Source: a virus (taxonomy: Duplodnaviria > Caudoviricetes). From it: DNA of 29,786 nucleotides. The stretch lies in IMG/VR virus record IMGVR_UViG_3300032295_001737, positions 1 to 29,786 of that record; one strand, 5' to 3'. Under the pieces are notes generated by a model. It saw nothing but the letters and a program-made list of their open reading frames with translations, was not told where the DNA came from and did not search any database. Below are positions 9,314 through 18,048 of this stretch, in pieces (within the stretch, counting starts at the first letter, position 1; every line of letters begins with the position of its first letter). The position numbers and the translations under genes were made by a program.

Positions 9314-10412
9314 ATCTGTCTGTGCTTACCCCTGGAATGCAGCAGCAATACGACCAAATGGTATTGTCATTCCTTGTTGCAGGTACCCACATATAGATGA
9401 CAGCGACAGCAATGTACTTTCTGTTGAACCTAGAAATTCTAACCATTGGAATAATCTACGACAGGATATGTTAGACGGTAAAGAAATTGCAGGATGTATA
9501 AGTTGTTATCAAGATGAGACAACTGGAATAGATAGTATGAGAACAACCAGTCTTAAGAATTTTATTCCTATTAATAAAGAAATAGAAAAATTAACAAGAC
9601 TAGAAGTATCTTTTAGCAACTTATGTAATCTTGCATGTGCTCATTGTTCTTCCTTCTTTTCAAGCAAATGGTATTCTGAAGATGTAAAAGCTGGCCGCAA
9701 GGAAAAATCAGGATATATTGAAAATAGTTTTAATTTTAACAATTGGGATTTATCCAAATTAACTGATCTTAAAATTATTGGTGGCGAACCATTTATGGAA
9801 CAAAAACAATTTGTTTCATTAATGAACAGTATCGATTTATCTAAAATTGAATTACAGATATGTACCAACGGTACAATATTACCTGGGCCTGAATTAAAAA
9901 GTTTAATAGAGAAATGTAAAAAAGTTTATCTATGTGTTAGCCTAGATGGTATTGGCTCTGTTAATGATTGGTATCGCTGGCCAAGTAAATTTAACGAGGT
10001 TGTAGAAAATATGAAGCAATTTGAACAATGGTGGGGCAGATCTTCTAATATTGTTTTTATAGTGCATCATGTCATCAACGCTATTAATGTTATCGACTTA
10101 CCAAAATTTATTAGTTTTATAAATGATAATTTTTCTAGATGGATTATTGAGTGGGACTGGATTCGCTGGCCAGAATGGCAAGAATTATCAGTGCTACCTG
10201 AAATAATTAAAGTTAAATTAATTGAAGAATTTAAACAGAAAGAAGAAAGTTTTAATTCTAAGCACACTCAAAATCCCTATGGTCCTACGATTAGCAGATT
10301 ATTAGAAAATCGTTCAACATCATGGGAAACTGCTATAGTTAAAATGTTCAATATGTCAACAGAAAGACAATTAGATTTTCTTTCTATGGTACCTAATTTT
10401 AAAAATATATGA
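9306..10412 (+). CDS. radical SAM protein with N-terminal Twitch/SPASM-type domain (copy 4)
   Basis: Start moved to ATG 9306 (AGGAG SD upstream, 8-nt overlap). VCAYPW...IPCC...CISCY; core CNLACAHC; IGGEP; CTNGT; SLDG. Confidence 0.92.
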   Translation: MNKSVCAYPWNAAAIRPNGIVIPCCRYPHIDDSDSNVLSVEPRNSNHWNNLRQDMLDGKEIAGCISCYQDETTGIDSMRTTSLKNFIPINKEIEKLTRLEVSFSNLCNLACAHCSSFFSSKWYSEDVKAGRKEKSGYIENSFNFNNWDLSKLTDLKIIGGEPFMEQKQFVSLMNSIDLSKIELQICTNGTILPGPELKSLIEKCKKVYLCVSLDGIGSVNDWYRWPSKFNEVVENMKQFEQWWGRSSNIVFIVHHVINAINVIDLPKFISFINDNFSRWIIEWDWIRWPEWQELSVLPEIIKVKLIEEFKQKEESFNSKHTQNPYGPTISRLLENRSTSWETAIVKMFNMSTERQLDFLSMVPNFKNI

Positions 10413-11338
10413 AAATTCTAAAAGCAACATTTTTAGACAAGTTTGATAAAACACATTCCTTATATTATAGGATCTATGATACTGACTTAGCAAATCGCTG
10501 GATGAAATTAATTGAAACAAACAAGTCACAAAAGAAGACATTGTTTAATAAATTTACCAATCAGATTTACTCTGACTTGCCTGAAGTAACTGAGAATTTG
10601 AATAAAATAGTTACTGATATTAATAAACGATACGATCAACAATTACCAATATATGATACGCTAGATACTGACAAGTTAAACTATCTACACGAACAATTTG
10701 AAGTATATGGAGATAGAGTTGAAGAGTTTTTTAAGAATAAAACTTGGACTGATGAATTGCATCAATTATTTTTAAGATTAAATGATGCAATCCATTTAAC
10801 AGAGGATGTATTAAAGACTAAATCTAGGGATTGGCCCAGCTTTGCTATGTTGTACGATTATATTCCTCAAGAACATCATTTACCAATTAACGAAGAAGAT
10901 AAGTTCTTACTTCGGCCTAACCTACAATGGGGCAAAATATACCTAGGATATAATACGCTAGGGAAAGATTGGCTTAAAGTACAATGTGATAACGATATAG
11001 AAGTTGTTGAGAGAGACCAAGTTAGACCACAAGAACGATTTGCTGCTGAAAGCTGGTTAAACTTTGGTCCTGATCAAGATTACAATACTTCTATGATGCG
11101 TTTCTATCAGTGGTATAAAGGATTGCCTGAAGACCTACAAGCTAAAGTACCTATGTATAATCACTATCAATTAAACTTAGGTAGATTTATTTTAGGCGAA
11201 CTAATTATTGATGAGTACTTTCTATCTTTTCACAACAATGAAGAAGATTGGCACACACCTAGACATCAATGTAAAATTGATTGGTGCATGAAAGTTTTTA
11301 CAACATTTAGATCCTTGCAGGATATTAGTTTTATATGA
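10409..11338 (+). CDS. hypothetical protein (309 aa)
   Basis: Long ORF with ATGA overlaps at both ends; His/Glu-containing helices (LNYLHEQFE, LNDAIHLTE) but no family recognised. Confidence 0.75.
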   Translation: MKILKATFLDKFDKTHSLYYRIYDTDLANRWMKLIETNKSQKKTLFNKFTNQIYSDLPEVTENLNKIVTDINKRYDQQLPIYDTLDTDKLNYLHEQFEVYGDRVEEFFKNKTWTDELHQLFLRLNDAIHLTEDVLKTKSRDWPSFAMLYDYIPQEHHLPINEEDKFLLRPNLQWGKIYLGYNTLGKDWLKVQCDNDIEVVERDQVRPQERFAAESWLNFGPDQDYNTSMMRFYQWYKGLPEDLQAKVPMYNHYQLNLGRFILGELIIDEYFLSFHNNEEDWHTPRHQCKIDWCMKVFTTFRSLQDISFI

Positions 11339-12006
11339 ACGCGGAACTATTACAATTTGTAGAAGACAACAGTAAGTTTAATTGGAGACCTGATCCAAAA
11401 AACTATCCTGCTAATCTGTGGACTAGTGATTGGCCATTTGTTACATATGAAAAGACTATAGATCCATTTTTTGTACAAATGGAGCTTGAAAAGATTGATC
11501 ATTTGTTTGTAGAACATCGATCAAAGGATAGTTACGGACACAGTGGCTGGAGCTCTATCACTCTACACGGCATAGACTACGACAAAACAGAACACTTTGA
11601 TAGATATGGTTTTACCAATGAAGCAGATGCAAATTATCAATGGACTAGTATATGCAATCAAATACCATACATAACCAATGTAATTAAGAATCTGCCGTTT
11701 TGTGATTATGGTCGTATAAGGATCATGCGACTTGCTCCTGGAGGTTTTGTAATGCCACATAAAGATGGTAATGGTAGAACATTTGGACCTTTTAATTTTG
11801 CTCTTACCAATCCTGTAGGATGCAAGTTTATATTTGAAGGTTATGGAGTTGTTCCATTTGCTCAAGGACGCGGTTGTATGTTAGACTTAGGAATACGACA
11901 TGCAGTCTTTAATGAATCTGATCAGAATAGGTACCATGTTATTGTACATGGTAGTCCTACTAGTAAGTTTTATCAAGGAATGATGAGTTCAATTGCACAC
12001 CTATGA
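11335..12006 (+). CDS. 2OG-Fe(II) oxygenase, aspartyl/asparaginyl beta-hydroxylase-like
   Basis: GRIRIMRLAPGGFVMPHKD (HxD), FALTNP, RHAVFNESDQNRYHVIVH (distal His and 2OG-binding Arg). Confidence 0.85.
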   Translation: MNAELLQFVEDNSKFNWRPDPKNYPANLWTSDWPFVTYEKTIDPFFVQMELEKIDHLFVEHRSKDSYGHSGWSSITLHGIDYDKTEHFDRYGFTNEADANYQWTSICNQIPYITNVIKNLPFCDYGRIRIMRLAPGGFVMPHKDGNGRTFGPFNFALTNPVGCKFIFEGYGVVPFAQGRGCMLDLGIRHAVFNESDQNRYHVIVHGSPTSKFYQGMMSSIAHL

Positions 12007-13364
12007 ACATAGTTACTGAGTATCTAACTAACACAAATAAATTAGCTATCTGTATATTTCCTACAGATACATGTAACCATGAGCAGTTAATGGATAAAAT
12101 GACATCTTATACTATGTTCTATGCGTTACGATTCAAAAGCATAATTGATCACATTGATATTGTGTATGCTGACAGTATAGACGATGCACTACAAACATTC
12201 ACAAAGTATAATCATATTTTGTTTATAGCCGCAGGTGTTCGAATATATGATTCAAGTATTTTGATTGATGTTAACAATGTTATAAATGACAATCCTAAGT
12301 ACATGGCCGCCGCACATATTTTAGAATGGGGCAATGACTGGTATGAACTGCATCACCAATTTGTGTTAGTTAATATTAAAAACTGGCAGGCTGCAGGTAA
12401 ACCTGTATACGGTGGATGGAAACCTGATGTTGACATATTACCTGCTATACAGCGAAGTAAAGAAAACTTTCACGATGATTATACACCTCTGTGGATTAAA
12501 CCCACTGGAGAACACATGTGGATTTATCACGAGAAGCAAGGGTGGAACTTCATTGGAGAAGCTCTAATGAACGGATTTGAAATAGTTAATTGGTCTAAAC
12601 AAATTAGAGACAAGCGAACTTACTATTATCCAGAGACTAATAGTGATTTGTTTTATAATTGTTTAATGAATAGACAACATCATGTTGACATTACAAATCC
12701 TAATCAAAGAAAGTTAATTAACGAAACAATAGGCATTGCAGATCAGGTATGGGTACTGAACAGCGAAGATATGGATATAATGAGTAACGGAGAAAGATAT
12801 GACTTAGTTGCTCTACCTGCTAGTGGTTTTAAATATTTAGATATCTTTAAAAGTAATGCGCTAAAGAACAACGGAAAGATTATTATATACGATTTTAATC
12901 AAGATAGTTTAGACTGGATTGAAACAATATACAAGTCTACTTCAACTGACTTTAGATCTATAGTTGAATCATTTCCTAAACACAGTGAATTAAAATGGTA
13001 CGGTATTAAGAATCCTCCTATACTAACAGTTAATGGTGTATTGTGCAATGAGTTTTTAAGAGACTTCCAATTAACTATAGATTATTTTGGTGGTAGAAAG
13101 TTGTTCTTAAAATACTTAGATCAATTCAGACACGCAGATGTATTGTTTGTTAAAACAGATTTGTTGTATAATAATACTAACTTAATAGATACAATTGGGA
13201 CAGGAAAGTCTATGCTACATATATCTAATATATTTGCTACAGACTTTATCAATGTACGACTCGGATTAGACGAAATGGGCAAACTATACAGTAAGTTTAG
13301 ATCGTCGTTGAGTAAAAACACACGAGTGATAGGACTCACACCTTATAATGAATTTTGCAGTTAA
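12003..13364 (+). CDS. hypothetical two-domain protein (453 aa): possible GT-A-like N-terminus and Rossmann/SAM-binding-like C-terminus
   Basis: The ORF is clear but the domain calls are weak: YNHILFIAAG and HQFVLVNIKNW in the N-half; LVALPASG followed by KIIIYDFNQDSL in the C-half. Confidence 0.5.
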   Translation: MNIVTEYLTNTNKLAICIFPTDTCNHEQLMDKMTSYTMFYALRFKSIIDHIDIVYADSIDDALQTFTKYNHILFIAAGVRIYDSSILIDVNNVINDNPKYMAAAHILEWGNDWYELHHQFVLVNIKNWQAAGKPVYGGWKPDVDILPAIQRSKENFHDDYTPLWIKPTGEHMWIYHEKQGWNFIGEALMNGFEIVNWSKQIRDKRTYYYPETNSDLFYNCLMNRQHHVDITNPNQRKLINETIGIADQVWVLNSEDMDIMSNGERYDLVALPASGFKYLDIFKSNALKNNGKIIIYDFNQDSLDWIETIYKSTSTDFRSIVESFPKHSELKWYGIKNPPILTVNGVLCNEFLRDFQLTIDYFGGRKLFLKYLDQFRHADVLFVKTDLLYNNTNLIDTIGTGKSMLHISNIFATDFINVRLGLDEMGKLYSKFRSSLSKNTRVIGLTPYNEFCS

Positions 13365-13899
13365 TAAAGATGCGTTCAGCAGTGGCCAAATAGGCAGCAA
13401 ACTATGGTTATGCCAAGAATTAGAAAACTTAAGATGGACATCTGATCTAACCTACATCTATGCAGGGTGGTATGGTATTACTGCCTTCTTACTATTGTCC
13501 AGGGGAAAGTTTCGAGTAGGTAAAATTAGAAGTTTAGATATCGATCCGTCTGCACAAGAAGTTGCTGATATGGTTAACGAAAATTGGGTCATTGATGAGT
13601 GGAAGTTTAAAGCATTTACACAAGATTGTAACAACTTTGAAGGACAATACGGAGACTTAATTATTAATACAAGTACTGAGCACTTTGACAGCATGGAATG
13701 GTTTGATAGAATACCTGACGGAACACGAGTTATTCTTCAAGGTAATAATATGCCGCACGATGATCATCATGTACATTCAGTAACACTTGATGATTTTGCA
13801 CAGAAGTACCCGTTGACGAATACTGTGTATCTTGGAGAAAAACACTTTACATATCCTAATTGGAGCTTTACCAGGTACATGGTAATGGGATACAAATGA
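13348..13899 (+). CDS. class I SAM-dependent methyltransferase-like protein
   Basis: YIYAGWYG (motif I-like), IRSLDIDP (acidic motif II), DLIINTSTEH. Confidence 0.7.
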   Translation: MNFAVNKDAFSSGQIGSKLWLCQELENLRWTSDLTYIYAGWYGITAFLLLSRGKFRVGKIRSLDIDPSAQEVADMVNENWVIDEWKFKAFTQDCNNFEGQYGDLIINTSTEHFDSMEWFDRIPDGTRVILQGNNMPHDDHHVHSVTLDDFAQKYPLTNTVYLGEKHFTYPNWSFTRYMVMGYK

Positions 13900-14432
13900 T
13901 TAATAAATTGTTCGTCACAGCAGACTTAGAACAAGTTAAGAATGACCTTGCGGTAGTATTAACATACACCGAGTGGGGAGAAGACAACCAAATTTCCTTA
14001 AAGCACAGGACAGGCGCAATTAATACATGGAAAGACGGTATCGGTAGTTTATATGATAAGACTTCTCGTTCTGATACAGCACACGAAAAGGACTTCACTG
14101 AATACAATGCACAACTTCCCGAATATACTTTAAACTTACTTAAAGAGTTTTCTCAATCACAAGGATTTAAATTGGGTAGAGTCCGTTATATGCGTCAGCT
14201 ATCTAAGCGAGGGTTAAGTGTACACAAGGACACAAGCAAGCGATACCATTTGGCTATACAAACTAACGAATTTGCATATTTTGGATTTGGGATAGATAAA
14301 GGACCAGTTAAGGCGTTTTGTTATCACATTCCTGCTGATGGTAATTTTTACATGGCTGATACAACTAAACAGCATTTTGTATACAATGGCGGTTGGGAAG
14401 ACAGAGTACATTTAGTTATTTGTCCTGCATGA
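13896..14432 (+). CDS. 2OG-Fe(II) oxygenase, AspH-like
   Basis: Start moved to ATG 13896 (ATGA overlap). GRVRYM...LSVHKD (HxD), RYHLAIQTN, DTTKQHFVYNGGWEDRVHLV. Confidence 0.8.
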   Translation: MINKLFVTADLEQVKNDLAVVLTYTEWGEDNQISLKHRTGAINTWKDGIGSLYDKTSRSDTAHEKDFTEYNAQLPEYTLNLLKEFSQSQGFKLGRVRYMRQLSKRGLSVHKDTSKRYHLAIQTNEFAYFGFGIDKGPVKAFCYHIPADGNFYMADTTKQHFVYNGGWEDRVHLVICPA

Positions 14433-14443
14433 CCTATACATCT

Positions 14444-14449
14444 TAAATA
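14444..14449 (+). promoter_or_regulatory. TAAATA late-promoter-like motif 4 nt before the ATG at 14454
   Basis: TAAATA in the 21-nt gap; no SD; the same motif recurs at other uncoupled starts. Confidence 0.55.
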
Positions 14450-14453
14450 TCTC

Positions 14454-15332
14454 ATGAAACACAGTATAGAAGACGGACGCTATTGCATAGAGTTAGAAAC
14501 AGAAGGGTTTATCCCTGCTTTTGAAAAGCAAAGTTTCTATAAGGACGCACGACAATTATTAGATAAAGAAAAAGACATCCCAGCTGTAATGTTCAGCGGA
14601 GGTCTTGATAGCCAAATTGTAGTTAAAAGTCTAATGGCAAATAATGCAGAGTTTGAGTGCTTCTTTATGTATAGACCAGGTGCTAACGAAACCGAGCTAG
14701 AAAACGCTAGGTTATGCCAGAAGAAATGGGGATTTAGATTGAATATCATTGATATTGACCCTGTTGCAGACTTTCAGAGCTACCAGCAGTTAATGCCTTC
14801 GGCAGATATAACAGGATACTCATATTGCTTGTATCATAGCTTCACTAAACAGATTCCAGACACCTTTTCATTGATACAAGGCACAGCTCCTTATCTAATA
14901 CTATGGCGAGGTAAGACTGAGCTAGAAGTTATATTCTCATATTATGATAGTGTTGAACAGAATAAAAGAATTATAGATTACACAGCAGGAAAACCAAGGC
15001 ACATACACTTTCCTTATACTGATAAGTTACATTGTATGATGCTAACAAATCAATATGTAAATCATTTACGAAACTGTTTTGATTATTATTCATTCCAATA
15101 TACTGAAATGTTAGACAAGTATAGTATCTGGGATAATTGCTTTAAACCATTAATATACAGTCATATGTGGGGAGATGAGTTAATATATTTTCCTAAGAAA
15201 AACGGCATGGAAAATATGTACTGGGCTACTCATAGTATCCCTCCAGGTCGTAAGATCTTTATGAAGCATATCGATTACGAAAATTTGTTTAAGACGACTA
15301 CCGGAACACAAAAGTTTTATGAAGCTAGATGA
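14454..15332 (+). CDS. PP-loop (adenine nucleotide alpha-hydrolase-like) protein 1
   Basis: AVMFSGGLDSQIV, followed by a beta strand and ELENARLCQKKWGFRLNIIDID, typical of N-type ATP pyrophosphatases. Confidence 0.75.
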   Translation: MKHSIEDGRYCIELETEGFIPAFEKQSFYKDARQLLDKEKDIPAVMFSGGLDSQIVVKSLMANNAEFECFFMYRPGANETELENARLCQKKWGFRLNIIDIDPVADFQSYQQLMPSADITGYSYCLYHSFTKQIPDTFSLIQGTAPYLILWRGKTELEVIFSYYDSVEQNKRIIDYTAGKPRHIHFPYTDKLHCMMLTNQYVNHLRNCFDYYSFQYTEMLDKYSIWDNCFKPLIYSHMWGDELIYFPKKNGMENMYWATHSIPPGRKIFMKHIDYENLFKTTTGTQKFYEAR

Positions 15333-16473
15333 TAACATTTATTCAGTTAAGGGTAAGCTATTTTCAAATAAGGTAGATGCTTTACGATATGCTACTGAAA
15401 TTAACTGCGAACGATCAGATATCAAATATTTTTATCATAACGATGTTTGGGCAAAATTTGACAGGTCATTGCTAGGTAAAATTAGTTTAACCGAATTGTA
15501 TAGACAACGAGCGCAGCAAATTAGAGATAGTTACGATTATTTGATCCTATACTATTCAGGTGGATGTGATAGCGATAACATTCTTAAAACATTCCTTAAC
15601 AATAATATTCCGCTTGATGAAATAGTAGTTAAATGGCCGAAGAAACTTATTGGCAGCAGTATATATGTACCTAATACTGTTGATAAGACTGCAAGAAATT
15701 TTGTTAGCGAATGGGATTTTGTTTTAGAAAAAGAACTAAAATGGTTAGCTGAAAATCATCCTAACATTAAAATTACAATCGTAGATTATGTAGAAGATAT
15801 TAAAAAAGGGTATTTCAACGAAGACCTATTCCTTAAACAAAATCACATGCATAGTGCCCTTAATTTTTTAAGGATGCAGACATTTACAGATTCTGAATTA
15901 AATCCTAAAGGTAGGGTTGCAGGTATAGTTGGTTTAGATAAGCCTATAATTTGTAAGCACAAAGACAAAGCATATATGTATTTTATAGATGCTGTATTGT
16001 GCCAACACCCGCCTGCAGAAGGAACACACAGAGAAAACTTTTATTGGAGTCCTGAATTTCCTCTACTCGGATTTGAAATGGCGTACCAAGTGTTTAATTT
16101 CTTTAAACTCAATCCGTTATATCAAAGCCTAGTTCCTAATATTACATGGGAATACTTAACAGATGAAGTCGGTTGGGATAATATCATACAATACTACAAT
16201 ATAATTAAAACTGTAATCTATCCTAGCTGGAACATGGCCAAGTTTCAAGCAGAAAAACCTTCACAAGGTTATAGAGCAGATAAAGACTTTTGGTTTTATG
16301 AAAGTCCCGAGTTTAAACTGCCCAAAGAAGAATGGCAATATCATTATGACTCTCAAATGAGTGTTGTGGCTAATAAATTCTGCGTAGTTGATGCAATAGG
16401 TAATAAAACAGCGTATAGACAAGTTAGGACCCCTCTCTACGAAATAGGAAATTGGAATGCTATCATTAGGTAA
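15319..16473 (+). CDS. PP-loop (adenine nucleotide alpha-hydrolase-like) protein 2
   Basis: YLILYYSGGCDSDNIL; GLDKP; ENFYWSP. Confidence 0.75.
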   Translation: MKLDDNIYSVKGKLFSNKVDALRYATEINCERSDIKYFYHNDVWAKFDRSLLGKISLTELYRQRAQQIRDSYDYLILYYSGGCDSDNILKTFLNNNIPLDEIVVKWPKKLIGSSIYVPNTVDKTARNFVSEWDFVLEKELKWLAENHPNIKITIVDYVEDIKKGYFNEDLFLKQNHMHSALNFLRMQTFTDSELNPKGRVAGIVGLDKPIICKHKDKAYMYFIDAVLCQHPPAEGTHRENFYWSPEFPLLGFEMAYQVFNFFKLNPLYQSLVPNITWEYLTDEVGWDNIIQYYNIIKTVIYPSWNMAKFQAEKPSQGYRADKDFWFYESPEFKLPKEEWQYHYDSQMSVVANKFCVVDAIGNKTAYRQVRTPLYEIGNWNAIIR

Positions 16474-17326
16474 AGACGGCTGGTTACAATACAGCTTTGC
16501 AGGATCCCCATTAAGGATAGATCCTAAATCTAATCTCGAAGTCGTTATTACAAAGAAGGCTAAGAGCCTTATACCATTTCATGACGCTAGGAAAATAGTT
16601 GCGGAAGACATTGCACAGTTAGCTAAAGACAGACCGATATTTGTAGGACTAAGTGGAGGTATTGACAGTGAAATTGTTGCAACTAGTTTTTACGAATTAG
16701 GAATTAAGATACAACCAATTATTATAGATATTAAATGGTATAATATACATGTAAACTATAGTGATACATGGTATGCACATCGCTGGTGTAACAAAAGAAA
16801 TATTAAACCAATTGTATTCAACTATTCTATTGCAACGCTGTTGTCTGAAAGCCTGCAATTAGCATCTAAGTTGCGGACTAGAAAATTATATCCTTTGTTA
16901 AATGCAATTAACTCTCAATTTGCAAAGAGTCAAGGTGGGGTATTTGTAAATGGAGATACTGACCTTGTATATTATCCTGATCATAGTCTAGATTATATTA
17001 ATGATCTACAAGAAATTAACAAAGGATGGTTAATGACTGAGTGTGACTTTTATGTAGATATGGAAGATCCTGGATATCATCCGTATAACTTTTTAAGCTG
17101 GACACCTGAGATCGTTCTTGCTAAAATCTCAGCAAGAGATTTTAATTTAAATAGTGAAGATAATAAAACAAACTTAACAGGATGCCTACCCCGTCCTAAG
17201 TTAGGAATGCCTGATTTAGTATTGCACTACTATCACGAGTCAATGGTAAAACAAAGACAGTTATATGGAACAAGCGAAATATTCCATTTTGGAACACACG
17301 AACAATTATTAAAAAAACTACTGTAA
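16457..17326 (+). CDS. PP-loop (adenine nucleotide alpha-hydrolase-like) protein 3
   Basis: IFVGLSGGIDSEIVA; YAHRWCNKRNIKPIVF; FVNGD; NFLSWTPE; RPKLG. Confidence 0.75.
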   Translation: MLSLGKDGWLQYSFAGSPLRIDPKSNLEVVITKKAKSLIPFHDARKIVAEDIAQLAKDRPIFVGLSGGIDSEIVATSFYELGIKIQPIIIDIKWYNIHVNYSDTWYAHRWCNKRNIKPIVFNYSIATLLSESLQLASKLRTRKLYPLLNAINSQFAKSQGGVFVNGDTDLVYYPDHSLDYINDLQEINKGWLMTECDFYVDMEDPGYHPYNFLSWTPEIVLAKISARDFNLNSEDNKTNLTGCLPRPKLGMPDLVLHYYHESMVKQRQLYGTSEIFHFGTHEQLLKKLL

Positions 17327-17338
17327 CCGAAATAAATT

Positions 17339-18022
17339 TTAGAAATTATTTAATAATTTACCGGCAGATGTTAAATCTTTAATCTTTAGATGTTTTTCAA
17401 AATGTTTAAGTCTAAGCTCAGGTTTCATTGCTACTTGAAAAATGCTTATTGACTTTGTTCTGGGCATTACTGGATTTTCTGATACTAGCACCCTATCAAT
17501 CGGAGTAATAGGCTTTTGGTCAGGATGAATAACATTGTGTAGCAAAAAATTATATCTATGATATATACCATCTTGGTCGTCACTCGACACTATGTGTTTA
17601 GCTCTAGCAGCAGCTAAAGCTGCTGAAAGTTTAGTTACTACAAAAAAATCTAGTTGATTACGACTTTCAAAGATTTCCATAGCTAACTTAGTTAAGACGA
17701 GTATTCCGTTAGACAATAAAAAATAGTCGCTACTTTTAGTTGCTTCTACAAATTTAACAAATCCAAAAGGATGCCCTTCAGGCGACATTATAATCGAATA
17801 AGATAGTAATTTGTTAGTTTCTGTTGACCTACACCCTAGAACATAATGATCTTTTTTTAAACCTTTTAGTAGGAACCTCATTGTAGCAGGGAATCTTGTA
17901 TTATAGGTCCTGTTCTTTTCAACATTATGTATTTTGGGCTGACTTAAATGAATAGATTCGATATCAGCATAATCGTCTACAGTACAGATGTATGCTCGTT
18001 GATTATTGTGTAGTAGTTCCAT
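17339..18022 (-). CDS. hypothetical protein, possibly GNAT fold
   Basis: 227-aa ORF; ICTVDDYADIESIH and YVLGCRSTETNKLLSYSII resemble GNAT beta1-alpha1 and beta2-beta3; no clear motif A. Confidence 0.5.
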   Translation of the reverse strand: MELLHNNQRAYICTVDDYADIESIHLSQPKIHNVEKNRTYNTRFPATMRFLLKGLKKDHYVLGCRSTETNKLLSYSIIMSPEGHPFGFVKFVEATKSSDYFLLSNGILVLTKLAMEIFESRNQLDFFVVTKLSAALAAARAKHIVSSDDQDGIYHRYNFLLHNVIHPDQKPITPIDRVLVSENPVMPRTKSISIFQVAMKPELRLKHFEKHLKIKDLTSAGKLLNNF

Positions 18023-18025
18023 TAG

Positions 18026-18038
18026 ATAAATATTTATA
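18026..18038. promoter_or_regulatory. bidirectional late-promoter-like palindrome ATAAATATTTAT
   Basis: Perfect 12-bp palindrome at 18026-18037 in a 26-nt divergent gap; minus strand reads TATAAATA (18038-18031) 8 nt before ATG 18022; plus strand reads ATAAATA (18026-18032). Confidence 0.65.
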
Positions 18039-18048
18039 AATTAAAACT

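Noticed and set aside
346-14432. DNA hypermodification (TET/JBP plus base glycosyltransferase) as the operon's role
   Set aside because: The oxygenases look AspH-like and no nucleotide kinase, thymidylate synthase homolog or DNA methylase motif is seen. Disfavoured rather than excluded; nucleoside LC-MS would settle it
2564-14749. Short ORFs nested in long genes (e.g. 2564-2911, 2730-2948, 3257-3667, 4225-4560, 4993-5223, 9641-9868, 11563-11865, 13458-13694, 14537-14749; likewise 22133-22369, 23795-23989, 24193-24384, 25143-25328, 26841-27047)
   Set aside because: They lie antisense to well-supported genes and have no motifs or start signals; treated as shadow ORFs
14454-17326. PP-loop genes as queC of a 7-deazaguanine DNA modification system
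   Set aside because: No QueC zinc-binding Cys cluster, no folE, queD or dpdA in the window, and the radical SAMs are not QueE-like
5418-17326. Classical RiPP cluster (radical SAM/SPASM plus lasso cyclase-like enzymes)
   Set aside because: No precursor peptide, RRE/PqqD domain, protease or exporter nearby, and no intergenic room for a precursor
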